Of a stretch of DNA of 64,000 nucleotides, positions 49,219 to 58,868 are shown in pieces. Source of the stretch: Candidatus Poribacteria bacterium (GTDB lineage Bacteria > Poribacteria > WGA-4E > PCPOR2b); the NCBI GenBank assembly GCA_965208675.1, contig OZ242351.1, positions 4,096,001 through 4,160,000 of the forward strand, read 5' to 3'. The notes under the pieces were generated by a model. It made no database searches, was not told the DNA's origin, and was given only the letters and a program-made list of their open reading frames with translations. Each line of letters opens with the position of its first letter. The first letter of the stretch is position 1. Made by a program: the position numbers and the translations under genes.

Positions 49219-52017
49219 TCATTGGTTTTCCAAATGACTCACATCTATCTTCCAACACTGAATGTTTGAATCACCCTGAGAAAATAAGATTGTTTTGCCG
49301 TTCGGTGCCATAAAGATAGGATTAGCGTTTACCGGTATGCTAAACGAGAACTCCTTGGAAATTGAGCCATCAAGCGAAACACGCTGGAATTTACCGAGAT
49401 ACGCATATGCAAGGTAAGTCTTACCGTCAGGAGACCAACTTAATCGGACACAATTCTTGCGTAGCTTTGTTGATTTTCCGCCATCTAAAGACGCCAGCCA
49501 GGTTTCTCTGTGTATTTCGAACGTCAGTTGCTTTCCATCAGGTGTCCAGCCAATCTGCATCTCATGTTCTGGAGTGTTGGTAATTCGCTTGGGTGCTCCA
49601 CCCGATGCAGAAAGAACGTACAGATCGCCTTCCATTTCAGGATAATGAAATGCTCCCTTCTCCCTCTCCAATCGAAGAAATGCCATACTTTTCCCATCGG
49701 GTGACCAAGCTACTTCTCCGACTACTCCTGGCTCTGTGAGTCGTTTTACGTGACCACTCGAAACAACAACAATACAGAGTTGAACCTGGTTAATGCCCTT
49801 GGCATCAAGAAATGCGATTCGTTGTCCATCGGGCGACCAGCGCGGCTTGCGGACATAGAAATCCCCTTGGATTAACTGTTTGGACCGTCCTCCTGACACT
49901 GGCATGATTTGAAGTGTGGAATTCTCGTAAAGCTTTTCACCTTGAGCAGACATTTTTAACTTTCGCCGTACGAACGCAATCCGCTTGCCATCAGGAGAAA
50001 AGGTGGATTCACCAAGCTCGATTCTCTTCGGGAGTGAAATAGGCACCGGTGTCAACTCGCCGGTTTCTACATTCAGGAGGCCGGGTTTTTGGTTGCCCGA
50101 CGATGGGAGACATAAATGTTTGCCGTCGGCTAGCCATTGTAAGGGTTCAGACTGCCACATTAAACTCGGGTCCAGGCTCATGGTTCGGTATTCACCGTTT
50201 TTGAGACTAAGAGCATAGGTTTTATCATTGAAAGACGTTTCCACCATGATAATTTCTCCTCCGGAAGTCCACCTGATTGGTCTGCCAAACATATCCGAAT
50301 CTGACATAACAGCCTTGAGAAGAATTGGTTTTCCCGAAAAATTTCCTTCCTTATTGACGCGAGAGGCGTAAAACCCTTTATGACTGTTTAAACTTTGGGT
50401 GAAGTTGGAATAATAAGCCATCCACCGTCCATCGGGTGAATATACGAGCGGCTTTAGTGCAGAACCATCTACTACGATCCTTTGCTTATCACCGTCTAAC
50501 GCGTGAATCCACCTGCGGCTACCAACCCCAACGCCTCGTCGCGATAAATAATTAATCCATCTTCCATCTCCCGACCAAATTGGGTTGGTATTCTCTTTGC
50601 CATCGGTCGTAAATGGACGAATCTTCCCCGTAGCGATTGATACGATGAAGATATCTGTGTTTTCACCGTTAACCCTTTCAAATGCGAGTTCCTTCCCGCC
50701 GGGCGACCAACTTAGGCCTTCTGGCCCCCTGTTGGAACCGGTTTCCGCTAGGAAACGAATTTTGCCTCCAGACACGGGAATAAGACATACGTCCATGTCT
50801 TCACCCGTTCCGGGACTCGTCCCAGTCGAAGGACTGTGACGATAAAATGCAATCCACCGTCCGTCCGGAGACCACTTCGGTACATAATAGACCGTTGGAA
50901 TACCCTCATCCACCAAAACCGTCGGTTTAACCGGCATATCTTGCGATGCGGATGTTACGGGCAAAACCAAAAGACCACGTGGAGTTGAAGAAGGCCCCCA
51001 ACTGAAGTAAGCCATTTTTGTTCCATCGGGCGAAAAATCCAGATTTCCATGAGGATTGACACCATCAGGAAGGTATACGCCCGTTAATGATACACCATTT
51101 TTCTGCGAGGATCTGAGTTGTCCATCTCCGGTTAGCAGTTTCCGTCGCGCCGGTTTCTGCCCAAAATCACCATTTTCCCCTTCAGCGCCGAGTATCGCAA
51201 CCCGAGTCGCTTCCACATCTACGGGAAGGTCGCCATCCTCGAAAACCTGTGTGTTCAGAGGCAGAGAGCCGCCGAGCCATTCGCCCAACGGATAAAGCGG
51301 GCTGTGCGGAAGGCTCAAACTCAAAAGCAAAAGAATTACCCCGCCTGCTGCGGATAGCCCCAAAGGCAGCGCGGTCTTGTGGGGTGCGGTTTGAATCTTT
51401 GCGTTACTGATTAACTCTACCACATGGGCGGTGAATCCCGGCTGTAATTTTCTTTCGGCAAAAGCAGTGCGTATCATTGGAATCATCTCCTCACTTAAGG
51501 CAGTTTTCAATTTTGCTCTGGCTCGCACGAGTCGCTGATCGATGGTGTTTGGAGACACTCGCAAAGTTTGGGCAATCTCCTTGCTTTTCATGCCTGCCAT
51601 GTAACGGAGCATTAACACTTGACGGTGCATCTCGGGGAGAGAAGCCAATGCGTCGTGAACCCGTTCATTTTTCAGTTTTTCCGAGTGTGCCTCAACGTCC
51701 ATTCGATGATTCTCGTCTTGCTCGGCAAGGTGCGCCGTGACGACCTGTCTTTTTTGGGCGCGGTGATAATTCTTGCACTGATTCGAAGCAATGGAATAGA
51801 GCCACGGATAGAAGTTGTCCCATCGCCGCAGAGTTGACAGGTTCTTATACGCTTCAAGAAAGACATCCTGAGTTAAATCTTCAGCGTCATGAAACTGTCC
51901 GACCTTCGCGTACACGAGCGCGAAGATGCGCTCTTTGTATTTGTCAACCAACAGGGCAAATGTCTCCGTGTTTCCCGAAAGACATTGATGAACGATATGA
52001 CCATCTCTAGTGTGCAT
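49219..52017 (-). CDS. ECF sigma factor-TM-TolB-like (PD40) beta-propeller fusion, array copy 1
   Basis: Region 2 AEDLTQDVFLEAY..PWLYSIA, region 4 LPEMHRQVLMLRYMAGMKSKEIA, TM LPLGLSAAGGVILLLLSLSL, and more than 10 W/FSPDG-type repeats. Confidence 0.93.
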   Translation of the reverse strand: MHTRDGHIVHQCLSGNTETFALLVDKYKERIFALVYAKVGQFHDAEDLTQDVFLEAYKNLSTLRRWDNFYPWLYSIASNQCKNYHRAQKRQVVTAHLAEQDENHRMDVEAHSEKLKNERVHDALASLPEMHRQVLMLRYMAGMKSKEIAQTLRVSPNTIDQRLVRARAKLKTALSEEMIPMIRTAFAERKLQPGFTAHVVELISNAKIQTAPHKTALPLGLSAAGGVILLLLSLSLPHSPLYPLGEWLGGSLPLNTQVFEDGDLPVDVEATRVAILGAEGENGDFGQKPARRKLLTGDGQLRSSQKNGVSLTGVYLPDGVNPHGNLDFSPDGTKMAYFSWGPSSTPRGLLVLPVTSASQDMPVKPTVLVDEGIPTVYYVPKWSPDGRWIAFYRHSPSTGTSPGTGEDMDVCLIPVSGGKIRFLAETGSNRGPEGLSWSPGGKELAFERVNGENTDIFIVSIATGKIRPFTTDGKENTNPIWSGDGRWINYLSRRGVGVGSRRWIHALDGDKQRIVVDGSALKPLVYSPDGRWMAYYSNFTQSLNSHKGFYASRVNKEGNFSGKPILLKAVMSDSDMFGRPIRWTSGGEIIMVETSFNDKTYALSLKNGEYRTMSLDPSLMWQSEPLQWLADGKHLCLPSSGNQKPGLLNVETGELTPVPISLPKRIELGESTFSPDGKRIAFVRRKLKMSAQGEKLYENSTLQIMPVSGGRSKQLIQGDFYVRKPRWSPDGQRIAFLDAKGINQVQLCIVVVSSGHVKRLTEPGVVGEVAWSPDGKSMAFLRLEREKGAFHYPEMEGDLYVLSASGGAPKRITNTPEHEMQIGWTPDGKQLTFEIHRETWLASLDGGKSTKLRKNCVRLSWSPDGKTYLAYAYLGKFQRVSLDGSISKEFSFSIPVNANPIFMAPNGKTILFSQGDSNIQCWKIDVSHLENQ

Positions 52018-52050
52018 TGGCGCTCCCTCGAATGAGATGATTGTTACTGC

Positions 52051-52084
52051 CTTTATAGTAACCGCTCAACCCCGAATTCTGACA
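52051..52084 (-). promoter_or_regulatory. putative ECF-type promoter of copy 1
   Basis: Minus strand TGTCAG-N17-TTACTATAAAG preceded by an A-tract; conserved upstream of copies 1-4. Confidence 0.55.
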
Positions 52085-52296
52085 TCGGGTTGATTTTTTT
52101 GAGGAGAAACGTCGCAACCGCTACAGGGGAATTGAAAGCGTTCCCGCGAATATTTTACTTTGTCTGAATCAGGATTGACAGGATTTTAGGATATTCAGGA
52201 TGTTGCATCCGCTCATACTGAAACTGATTGTGCACAGACGTGAACATTGGGGGACAGGAAATGGGGATGCACATGCAGTGGATGTTTGCCGTGTAT

Positions 52297-52346
52297 AGAA
52301 AAGAAAAAGGCGTCCATCTGCCGTGAAACTGGGGCAAATGGACGCC
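52297..52346 (-). terminator. intrinsic terminator after copy 2
   Basis: GGCGTCCATTTGCC-loop-GGCAGATGGACGCC then TTTTTCTTTTCT on the minus strand. Confidence 0.85.
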
Positions 52347-52399
52347 GTTATTAAACTCTCAAATTATGGGCGTGTCTGTTGTATACTTTGAGGAATCCG

Positions 52400-55321
52400 C
52401 TATTGATTGACGAGATGACTCACATCAATGCTCCAACACGACTTTACCGAATCGACCTGCCTTAGTAGGATTGTTTCGCCGTCGGGAGACATAGAGAGTG
52501 GTCGAGCATTCATCGGAGCACGAGCCGAGAGTTCGGAGGATATCGCGCCATTTGACGATACGCGTTGCAACTTCCCATGCGGTCCGAATGCATGATACGT
52601 TGCCCCATCCGATGACCAGCTCGACGGAATATAATTCCTATGCAACTTCTTCGGTTGCCCGCCGTTAATTGATATAACCCACCAAGCCCCGTCGTTTGTT
52701 TTGTACGTGAGTTGTTTGCCATTGGGCGTCCAATGGATTTCCGATTCCCCTTCGTTGCGAGTGTTGGTAATTTGCCTTGACTCCCCACCGGTTGCGGGTA
52801 CAATGTGGATGTCGTCAGGCGGCGATTTTTTGTACGCCAGTATTGTACCATCGGGCGACCAAGCTGGTTCGCCGAACCGGCCTGAATCTGCCATTAGTAT
52901 CTTCACTTTACCGTCCGATACGGAAACGACGCAAAGTTGCGACTCCGGGCCACTTTGCATCTCAGTTCTTCTCGTTATCCCATTGATGAAAGCGATTGTT
53001 TGACCATCAGGCGACCAGCGTAGATGGGAGGGCCACGATTCGCCATGCGTCAACTGTCTGGGTGTTCCACCTGGCACTGGTATGATGTACAATTGGCGTT
53101 CAGTGTCGGGGTGTTTAACCATAATCACAAATGCGATTTGTTTTTCATCAGGAGAAAGGGTAGATTCGTCAAAATTTATTTCTTTGAAAAATTCAAGAAG
53201 TTGACTGCGAGTAAAACGGTTGGTTTCAATGTCTAAAATCCCGCATCTCGCACCACTGCCAGGCAAGTTCACGCTAGATGGGAAAAACAGACGATTCCCG
53301 CCAGAGAGCCACTGTACACCTATAAGTTGCGGATCTGTAAGCGGAAAAAGCGGAATACTCGTCGGAAAACGCGGAACGTGGTAAATGCTCGTATCAGTAT
53401 TGAGGTAGCGTCGTGCGCCACGTTTTGTCTGGACGTTAAAATAGGCAGCTTCACTGCGGTAGCATAGTGTACCGCTTTTTGTTTTGAGAGCAGCGTAGGT
53501 AACCTTTATGCGATCCTCTTGTAGAATGATGATTTTTCCGCCCGGTGTCCACCGCAAAAGTTTCGGTGCATATTGAAATTTCTCCGGTTCAATTAAAATT
53601 GGATCTCCTGCTAAGTCGCCATGTTCGTTGAAGTGGTCAACAGCAATGCCGGGAAACGAGAAACTGCCGTTCGTAACGGCAATGTTGTTGCGGGCAACCC
53701 ATTTTCCGTTGGGTGAATAAACGAACTCGTCTTGTATGGCAACAACGTTTATCGGTGTTGTCCCACCGCCATCAACAGGTTGTTTCCAGACAGGCTTGCC
53801 GAGATATGTTTCCCGAGATGAAGGGCGTTGCGATAAATAGAAAATCCAGTTTCCATCAGGCGACCACGATGGCGAGGTATTCCCTTTTCCGTCCGTTGTA
53901 AATGGGCGTACTACTCCGGTGTCTAGCGACACGATGCTAATATCCGTATTCTCTCCTGTCCATTTGACAAACGCAATCTCTTTGCTATCAGGTGACCAAC
54001 TGAGTCCACGCGAGTGCTTTTGAGAGTCGGTCCGGGCGAGGAAGCGCATTCTGCCGCCTGCCGCAGGAATAAGATATAAATCAATGTCACTTCCATAACC
54101 TTCCGCCCTCGGATATTGATGTTCCTGACGATAAAAGGCGACCCACTTCCCGTTAGGCGACCACTTAGGTTGAAAATATTGTGTTGTTGCACCCTCTCCT
54201 TGCACTAGAACTGTTTTTTTAGGCGAGACATCGCTTGATGCGTCTACTAAAGGCGACACAATAAGTTGGAACTCATACCCTAAGGATGTAACTCCTCTGC
54301 CGAGGTAAACCATCTTCGTGCCATCGGGCGAAATGTCCATATCCCAAGAAGCATCATTTGGGAGATATATGCCCGTTGTCGTTATTTCCTCATTAGGATT
54401 GTCCATTTCCTCAGACTGGTTGATGGCTGTGGCTGCCTTTAACGGCTCCGGTCTCCGCCCAAAATCGCCATCTTCCCCTTCAGCGCCGAGTATCGCAACC
54501 CGAGTCGCTTCTGCATCTACGGGGAGGTCGCCATCCTCGACAACCTGTGTATTCAGAGGCAGAGAGCCGCCGAGCCATTCGCCCAACGAATAAAGCGGGC
54601 TGTGCGGAAGGCTCAAACTCAAGAGTAGGAGAATTACGCCGCCTGCTGCGGACAGTCCCAAAGGCAGAGCGGTCTTGTGGGGCGCGGTTTGAATCTTTGC
54701 GTTACTGATTAACTCTACCACATGGGCGGTGAATCCCGGCTGTAATTTTCTTTCGGCAAAAGCAGTGCGTATCATTGGAATCATCTCCTCACTTAAGGCA
54801 GTTTTCAATTTTGCTCTGGCTCGCACGAGTCGCTGATCGATGGTATTGGGAGACACCCGTAACGTCTGTGCAATCTCCTTGCTTTTCATGCCAGCCATGT
54901 AACGGAGCATTAACACTTGACGGTGCATCTCAGGGAGAGAAGCCAATGCCTCATGGAGTTGTTCGTCTCTCAATTTTTCCAAATGTGCTTCCATGTCTGG
55001 TCGCTGTGAGACACTCTCATCTTGGTCGGCAAGGTGTGCCGTGTCAACCTTTCTTTTTTGGGCATAGTGAAAATCCTTACATCGGTTTGAAGCAATCGAA
55101 TAGAGCCACGGATAAAAATTGTCCCATCGCCGCAGGGTTGATAGCTTCTTATAGGCGCTGAGAAAGACATCCTGAGTGATATCCTCTGCGTCTTGAAACT
55201 GGCCAACCTTTGCATACACGAGCGCGAAGATGCGCTCCTTGTATTTGTCAACCAACAGGGCAAATGCCTCCGTGTTGCCCGAAAGACATTGATGAACGAT
55301 ATTGCCATCTCCGGTGTGCAT
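52400..55321 (-). CDS. ECF sigma factor-TM-TolB-like (PD40) beta-propeller fusion, array copy 2
   Basis: Same architecture as copy 1; near-identical N-terminal ~290 aa, divergent propeller. Confidence 0.93.
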   Translation of the reverse strand: MHTGDGNIVHQCLSGNTEAFALLVDKYKERIFALVYAKVGQFQDAEDITQDVFLSAYKKLSTLRRWDNFYPWLYSIASNRCKDFHYAQKRKVDTAHLADQDESVSQRPDMEAHLEKLRDEQLHEALASLPEMHRQVLMLRYMAGMKSKEIAQTLRVSPNTIDQRLVRARAKLKTALSEEMIPMIRTAFAERKLQPGFTAHVVELISNAKIQTAPHKTALPLGLSAAGGVILLLLSLSLPHSPLYSLGEWLGGSLPLNTQVVEDGDLPVDAEATRVAILGAEGEDGDFGRRPEPLKAATAINQSEEMDNPNEEITTTGIYLPNDASWDMDISPDGTKMVYLGRGVTSLGYEFQLIVSPLVDASSDVSPKKTVLVQGEGATTQYFQPKWSPNGKWVAFYRQEHQYPRAEGYGSDIDLYLIPAAGGRMRFLARTDSQKHSRGLSWSPDSKEIAFVKWTGENTDISIVSLDTGVVRPFTTDGKGNTSPSWSPDGNWIFYLSQRPSSRETYLGKPVWKQPVDGGGTTPINVVAIQDEFVYSPNGKWVARNNIAVTNGSFSFPGIAVDHFNEHGDLAGDPILIEPEKFQYAPKLLRWTPGGKIIILQEDRIKVTYAALKTKSGTLCYRSEAAYFNVQTKRGARRYLNTDTSIYHVPRFPTSIPLFPLTDPQLIGVQWLSGGNRLFFPSSVNLPGSGARCGILDIETNRFTRSQLLEFFKEINFDESTLSPDEKQIAFVIMVKHPDTERQLYIIPVPGGTPRQLTHGESWPSHLRWSPDGQTIAFINGITRRTEMQSGPESQLCVVSVSDGKVKILMADSGRFGEPAWSPDGTILAYKKSPPDDIHIVPATGGESRQITNTRNEGESEIHWTPNGKQLTYKTNDGAWWVISINGGQPKKLHRNYIPSSWSSDGATYHAFGPHGKLQRVSSNGAISSELSARAPMNARPLSMSPDGETILLRQVDSVKSCWSIDVSHLVNQ

Positions 55322-55354
55322 CGGTGTTCCCTCGTATGAGATTGGTGTTACTAT

Positions 55355-55388
55355 CTATATAGAAGCCGCTTAACCCCGAATTCTGACA
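55355..55388 (-). promoter_or_regulatory. putative ECF-type promoter of copy 2
   Basis: TGTCAG-N17-CTTCTATATAG. Confidence 0.55.
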
Positions 55389-55596
55389 TCGGGTTGATTT
55401 TTTTGAGGAGAAACGTCGCAACCGCTACAGAAGAATTGAAGGGTTTCCTGTGAATATTGTACTCTGACTGAATCAGGATTTACAGGGTTAAAGGATTTTC
55501 AGAATATTATGCCTTCTCACACGGGAATCAATTGTGCAACAATGAAAACATTAGGGGTAAGCATGTGAGAATGCGCATTCAGTCATTAACCCATAC

Positions 55597-55646
55597 AGAA
55601 AAGAAAAAGGCGTCCATCTGCCGTAAATCTGGGGCAAATGGACGCC
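55597..55646 (-). terminator. intrinsic terminator after copy 3
   Basis: Same 14-bp stem and U-tract as 52297-52346. Confidence 0.85.
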
Positions 55647-55699
55647 GTTATTGAACTCCCAAAATACGGGCGTGGCAGTTGTGTACTTTGAGAGTCTCG

Positions 55700-58539
55700 C
55701 TACTGACTGACTAGATGACTCACATCAATGCTCCAGCACTGTGTTCCTGAATCAATCAGCCGATACAGAATGGTTTCACCGTCGGGCGACATTGAAAGCG
55801 GACGTGCGTCCGCCGGAACGCGAAACGGCAATTCGTCAATTGTCGTGCCGTCGAGAGTTACGCGCTGCAGTTCGCCGTTTCGTCCAATGGCGAGATAAGA
55901 CCTTCCATCCGATGACCAACTAGATGGGATATAATTTCTTCGCATTGGCTTCGGTTTCCCACCGTCGATTGACATGCCCCACGCTTGTCCGCCTATCTCG
56001 AACGTCAACCGCTTTCCATCGGGAGTCCACGAGAGTCTCCCGAAGGGTGTCCAAGACAGCAATATTTCCCCTTCGGGTGGACTATTGGGTGGAGCGGCTA
56101 TTCGCTTGGATTTTCCGCCCGTTGCCTGAACAAGATAGATGTCGACCTCTGTCTCATCGAAATCCAAATCTAAGACCTTTCCCTTACCCTTCAAGCGGAG
56201 ATACGCGAGCATTGTTCCATCGGGCGACCAAGCTGCTCCCATGCACCGTTCGGTATCTATGAATGTTTTCACCTGACCATCTGATACAGAAGCGACGCAG
56301 AGTTTTGACTTGAAACCTACTGAGGCAGCGAATTTCGCGTTGATGAACGCGATTTTTTGACCGTCGGGCGACCAGCGCGGATTCATACCATAAAACTCAG
56401 TTTGTGTCACCTTTTTGGATGTCCCGCCACCCACCGGCATGATGTGAAGATGCGCACTTACGTCAGGGGATATTCCCGCTAGTGCCGGATCCGTCTCCTT
56501 GGGTTGCAAGTGCACGTATGCCGCCCATTTTTCATCGGGCGAAAGGCTAGATAAACCGAAGAACGTCTCATCTGGAAGTTCTATGGGTAGCTCCGTAAAC
56601 TGACCCGTTTCGATGTCGAAAAATCCGGGGCGTCGGTTTCTGTCAGACACAAATAACAGACGATTCCCGTCGGATAACCACTGTGCATTTTTAAACCCAA
56701 ACTTCGAATCTGAATTCACGTGGCGTTTTTCACCGCCTTTTATGCGGAAGGCATAGGTCTTCTCAATATAATCCTCTTGCAGGACGATGATTTTCCCATT
56801 CGGTGTCCAGCGCAACGGTTTTGCCCCCACCTGGAGTCTCGCCGCTTTGAGTAGAATTGGCTTCCCTACCAGCTCGCCATGTTCACTGACGCGCGCTGCT
56901 ATGAAACCGCTCTGTCCATCGGGTAGGTATTTTGTATAGGCAATCCACTTTCCATCAGGTGAATGAATTGGAGGGCTAAGACCAACACGCTCGTTTACTA
57001 CTGCTTTTCCTCCAGCAACAGGCTGTCTCCACACGCGGCGGCTATCAATCCAGAGCCCTCGTTTTGATGAATAGAAGATCCATTCTCCATCAGGCGACCA
57101 AGATGGGTTAGTGTTCTCTTTCCCATCCGTTGTGAAAGGACGTGCTGCTCCGCTGTTGAGCGCGACTATCCAAATATCCGTTTTTTTCCCTTTCATCTTG
57201 ACATACGCGAGTTCCTTGCTGTCAGGGGACCAACTTAGTCTGTCATATTTTTCGGAATCGGTATGTGCAAGGAAGCGCATCTTACCTCCCGAAGCAGGAA
57301 TCAGACACACATCATAATGTCCGTAGTCTTTAAGGCCGTATTCGAGACGATAAAAGGCGATTAACTTTCCATTAGGTGACCATTTAGGTTGTACAGGCTG
57401 TACGCTCTCCGAACCATCTACATAGATAATTTTCCGCTCTACCGGTGTATTGGAGTCTAATTCGGTTAGTGGATAAACTGCAATCGACGGCTGTCGTAGA
57501 GCATGCTCCGCCGGAAACGGCACATAGGCGAATTGTGTGCCGTCAGGCGAAATATCAATGTCCCAGCCAAGATCCAAATCATCGGGTACGTGTATGGCGG
57601 TTACCGTTATTTCCTCATTGGGCTGGTCAGTTTCAGCCGACCGTACAATGGCGCTGGGCATCTTATGTGATTTCGGTCTCCGTCCAAAATCGCCATCTTC
57701 CCCTTCAGCACCGAGTATAGCGACCCGAGTCGCTTGCGCATTTACGGGGAGGTCGCCATCTTCGACAACATGTGTTTTTAGAGGCAGAGAGCCGCCCAAC
57801 CATTCGCCAAACGGATAAAGCGGGCTGTGCGGAAGGCTCACACTTAAGAGTAGGAGGATTATTCCACCTACAGCGGATAACCCCAAAGGCAGCGCGGTCT
57901 TGTGGGGCGCCGTTTGAATTTTGGTGTCGCTGATAAACTCTACCACGCGGGCGGTAAATCCCGGCTGTAATCTTCTTTCGGCAAAAGCAGTGCGTATCAT
58001 TGGAATCATCTCCTCGCTTAGGACAGTTTTCAATTTTGCTCTGGCTCGCACGAGCCGCTGATCGATGGTGTTTGGAGACACCCGCAATGATTCGGCGATC
58101 TCTTTACTTTTCATGCCAGCCATATAGCGGAGCATTAACACTTGACGGTGCATCTCAGGGAGAGAAGCCAATGCCTCATGAAGTTGTTCGACTCTCACCG
58201 CTTCCGAATCTGCATCAACAGCCGCTTGGTGATTGAGATTCCGAGCGAGAACGTTCATGGTTTCAACCTGCTCCTTTTGGGCGCGGTAAAAATTCTTGCA
58301 CCTGTTGGCGGCAATCGAATAGAGCCACGGATAGAAATTGTCCCATCGCCGCAGTGTCGACAGTTTCTTATAGGCGTTGAGGAAGATATCTTGTGTTAAG
58401 TCCTCAGCGTCTTGAAATTGCCCGACCTTCGCGTACACGAGTGCAAAGATACGCTCCTTGTATTTGTCAACCAACAGGGCGAATGCCTCCGTGTTGCCCG
58501 AAAGACATTGATGAACGATATACCGTCTCTGGTGTGCAT
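55700..58539 (-). pseudogene. ECF sigma factor-TM-TolB-like propeller fusion, array copy 3, with a 1-nt deletion at codon 7
   Basis: ATG CAC ACC AGA GAC GGT [-]AT ATC GTT CAT versus GGT CAT ATC GTT CAT in copy 1; 58539-55700 spans 2840 nt (not a multiple of 3); the rest (55700-58474) is open. Confidence 0.8.
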
Positions 58540-58574
58540 AAGCGTTCTCTCGTCATGAGATGACTGTTACTTCC

Positions 58575-58607
58575 CTATATAGAAACCGCTTACCCCGAAT
58601 TCTGACA
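58575..58607 (-). promoter_or_regulatory. putative ECF-type promoter of copy 3
   Basis: TGTCAG-N16-TTTCTATATAG (spacer 1 nt shorter than in the other copies). Confidence 0.5.
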
Positions 58608-58765
58608 TCGGGTTGATTTTTTTTGAGGAGAATGGTCACAATCGCTACAGTGAAACAGATTGTGTTCCTGTGAATATTGTAGCCCGCCTGAATCAGGATT
58701 GACAGGAATTTTGTGGTTTGTAGGATATGGGAATGCACATGCGGTGGAGGTTCCCGCGTGCGTAT

Positions 58766-58815
58766 AGAAAAGAAAAAGGCGTCCATCTACCGTAAATCTG
58801 GGGCAAATGGACGCC
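58766..58815 (-). terminator. intrinsic terminator after copy 4
   Basis: Same stem with one G-C to G-U change, followed by a U-tract. Confidence 0.85.
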
Positions 58816-58868
58816 GTTATTGAATGCCCAAAATCTGGGCGCGTCTGTTGTGTACTTTGAGAGGCCGG

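Noticed and set aside
52347-52399. Riboswitch in the conserved segment before the terminator
   Set aside because: No match to aptamer consensus sequences I know; it lies directly 3' of a gene and upstream of the next putative promoter.
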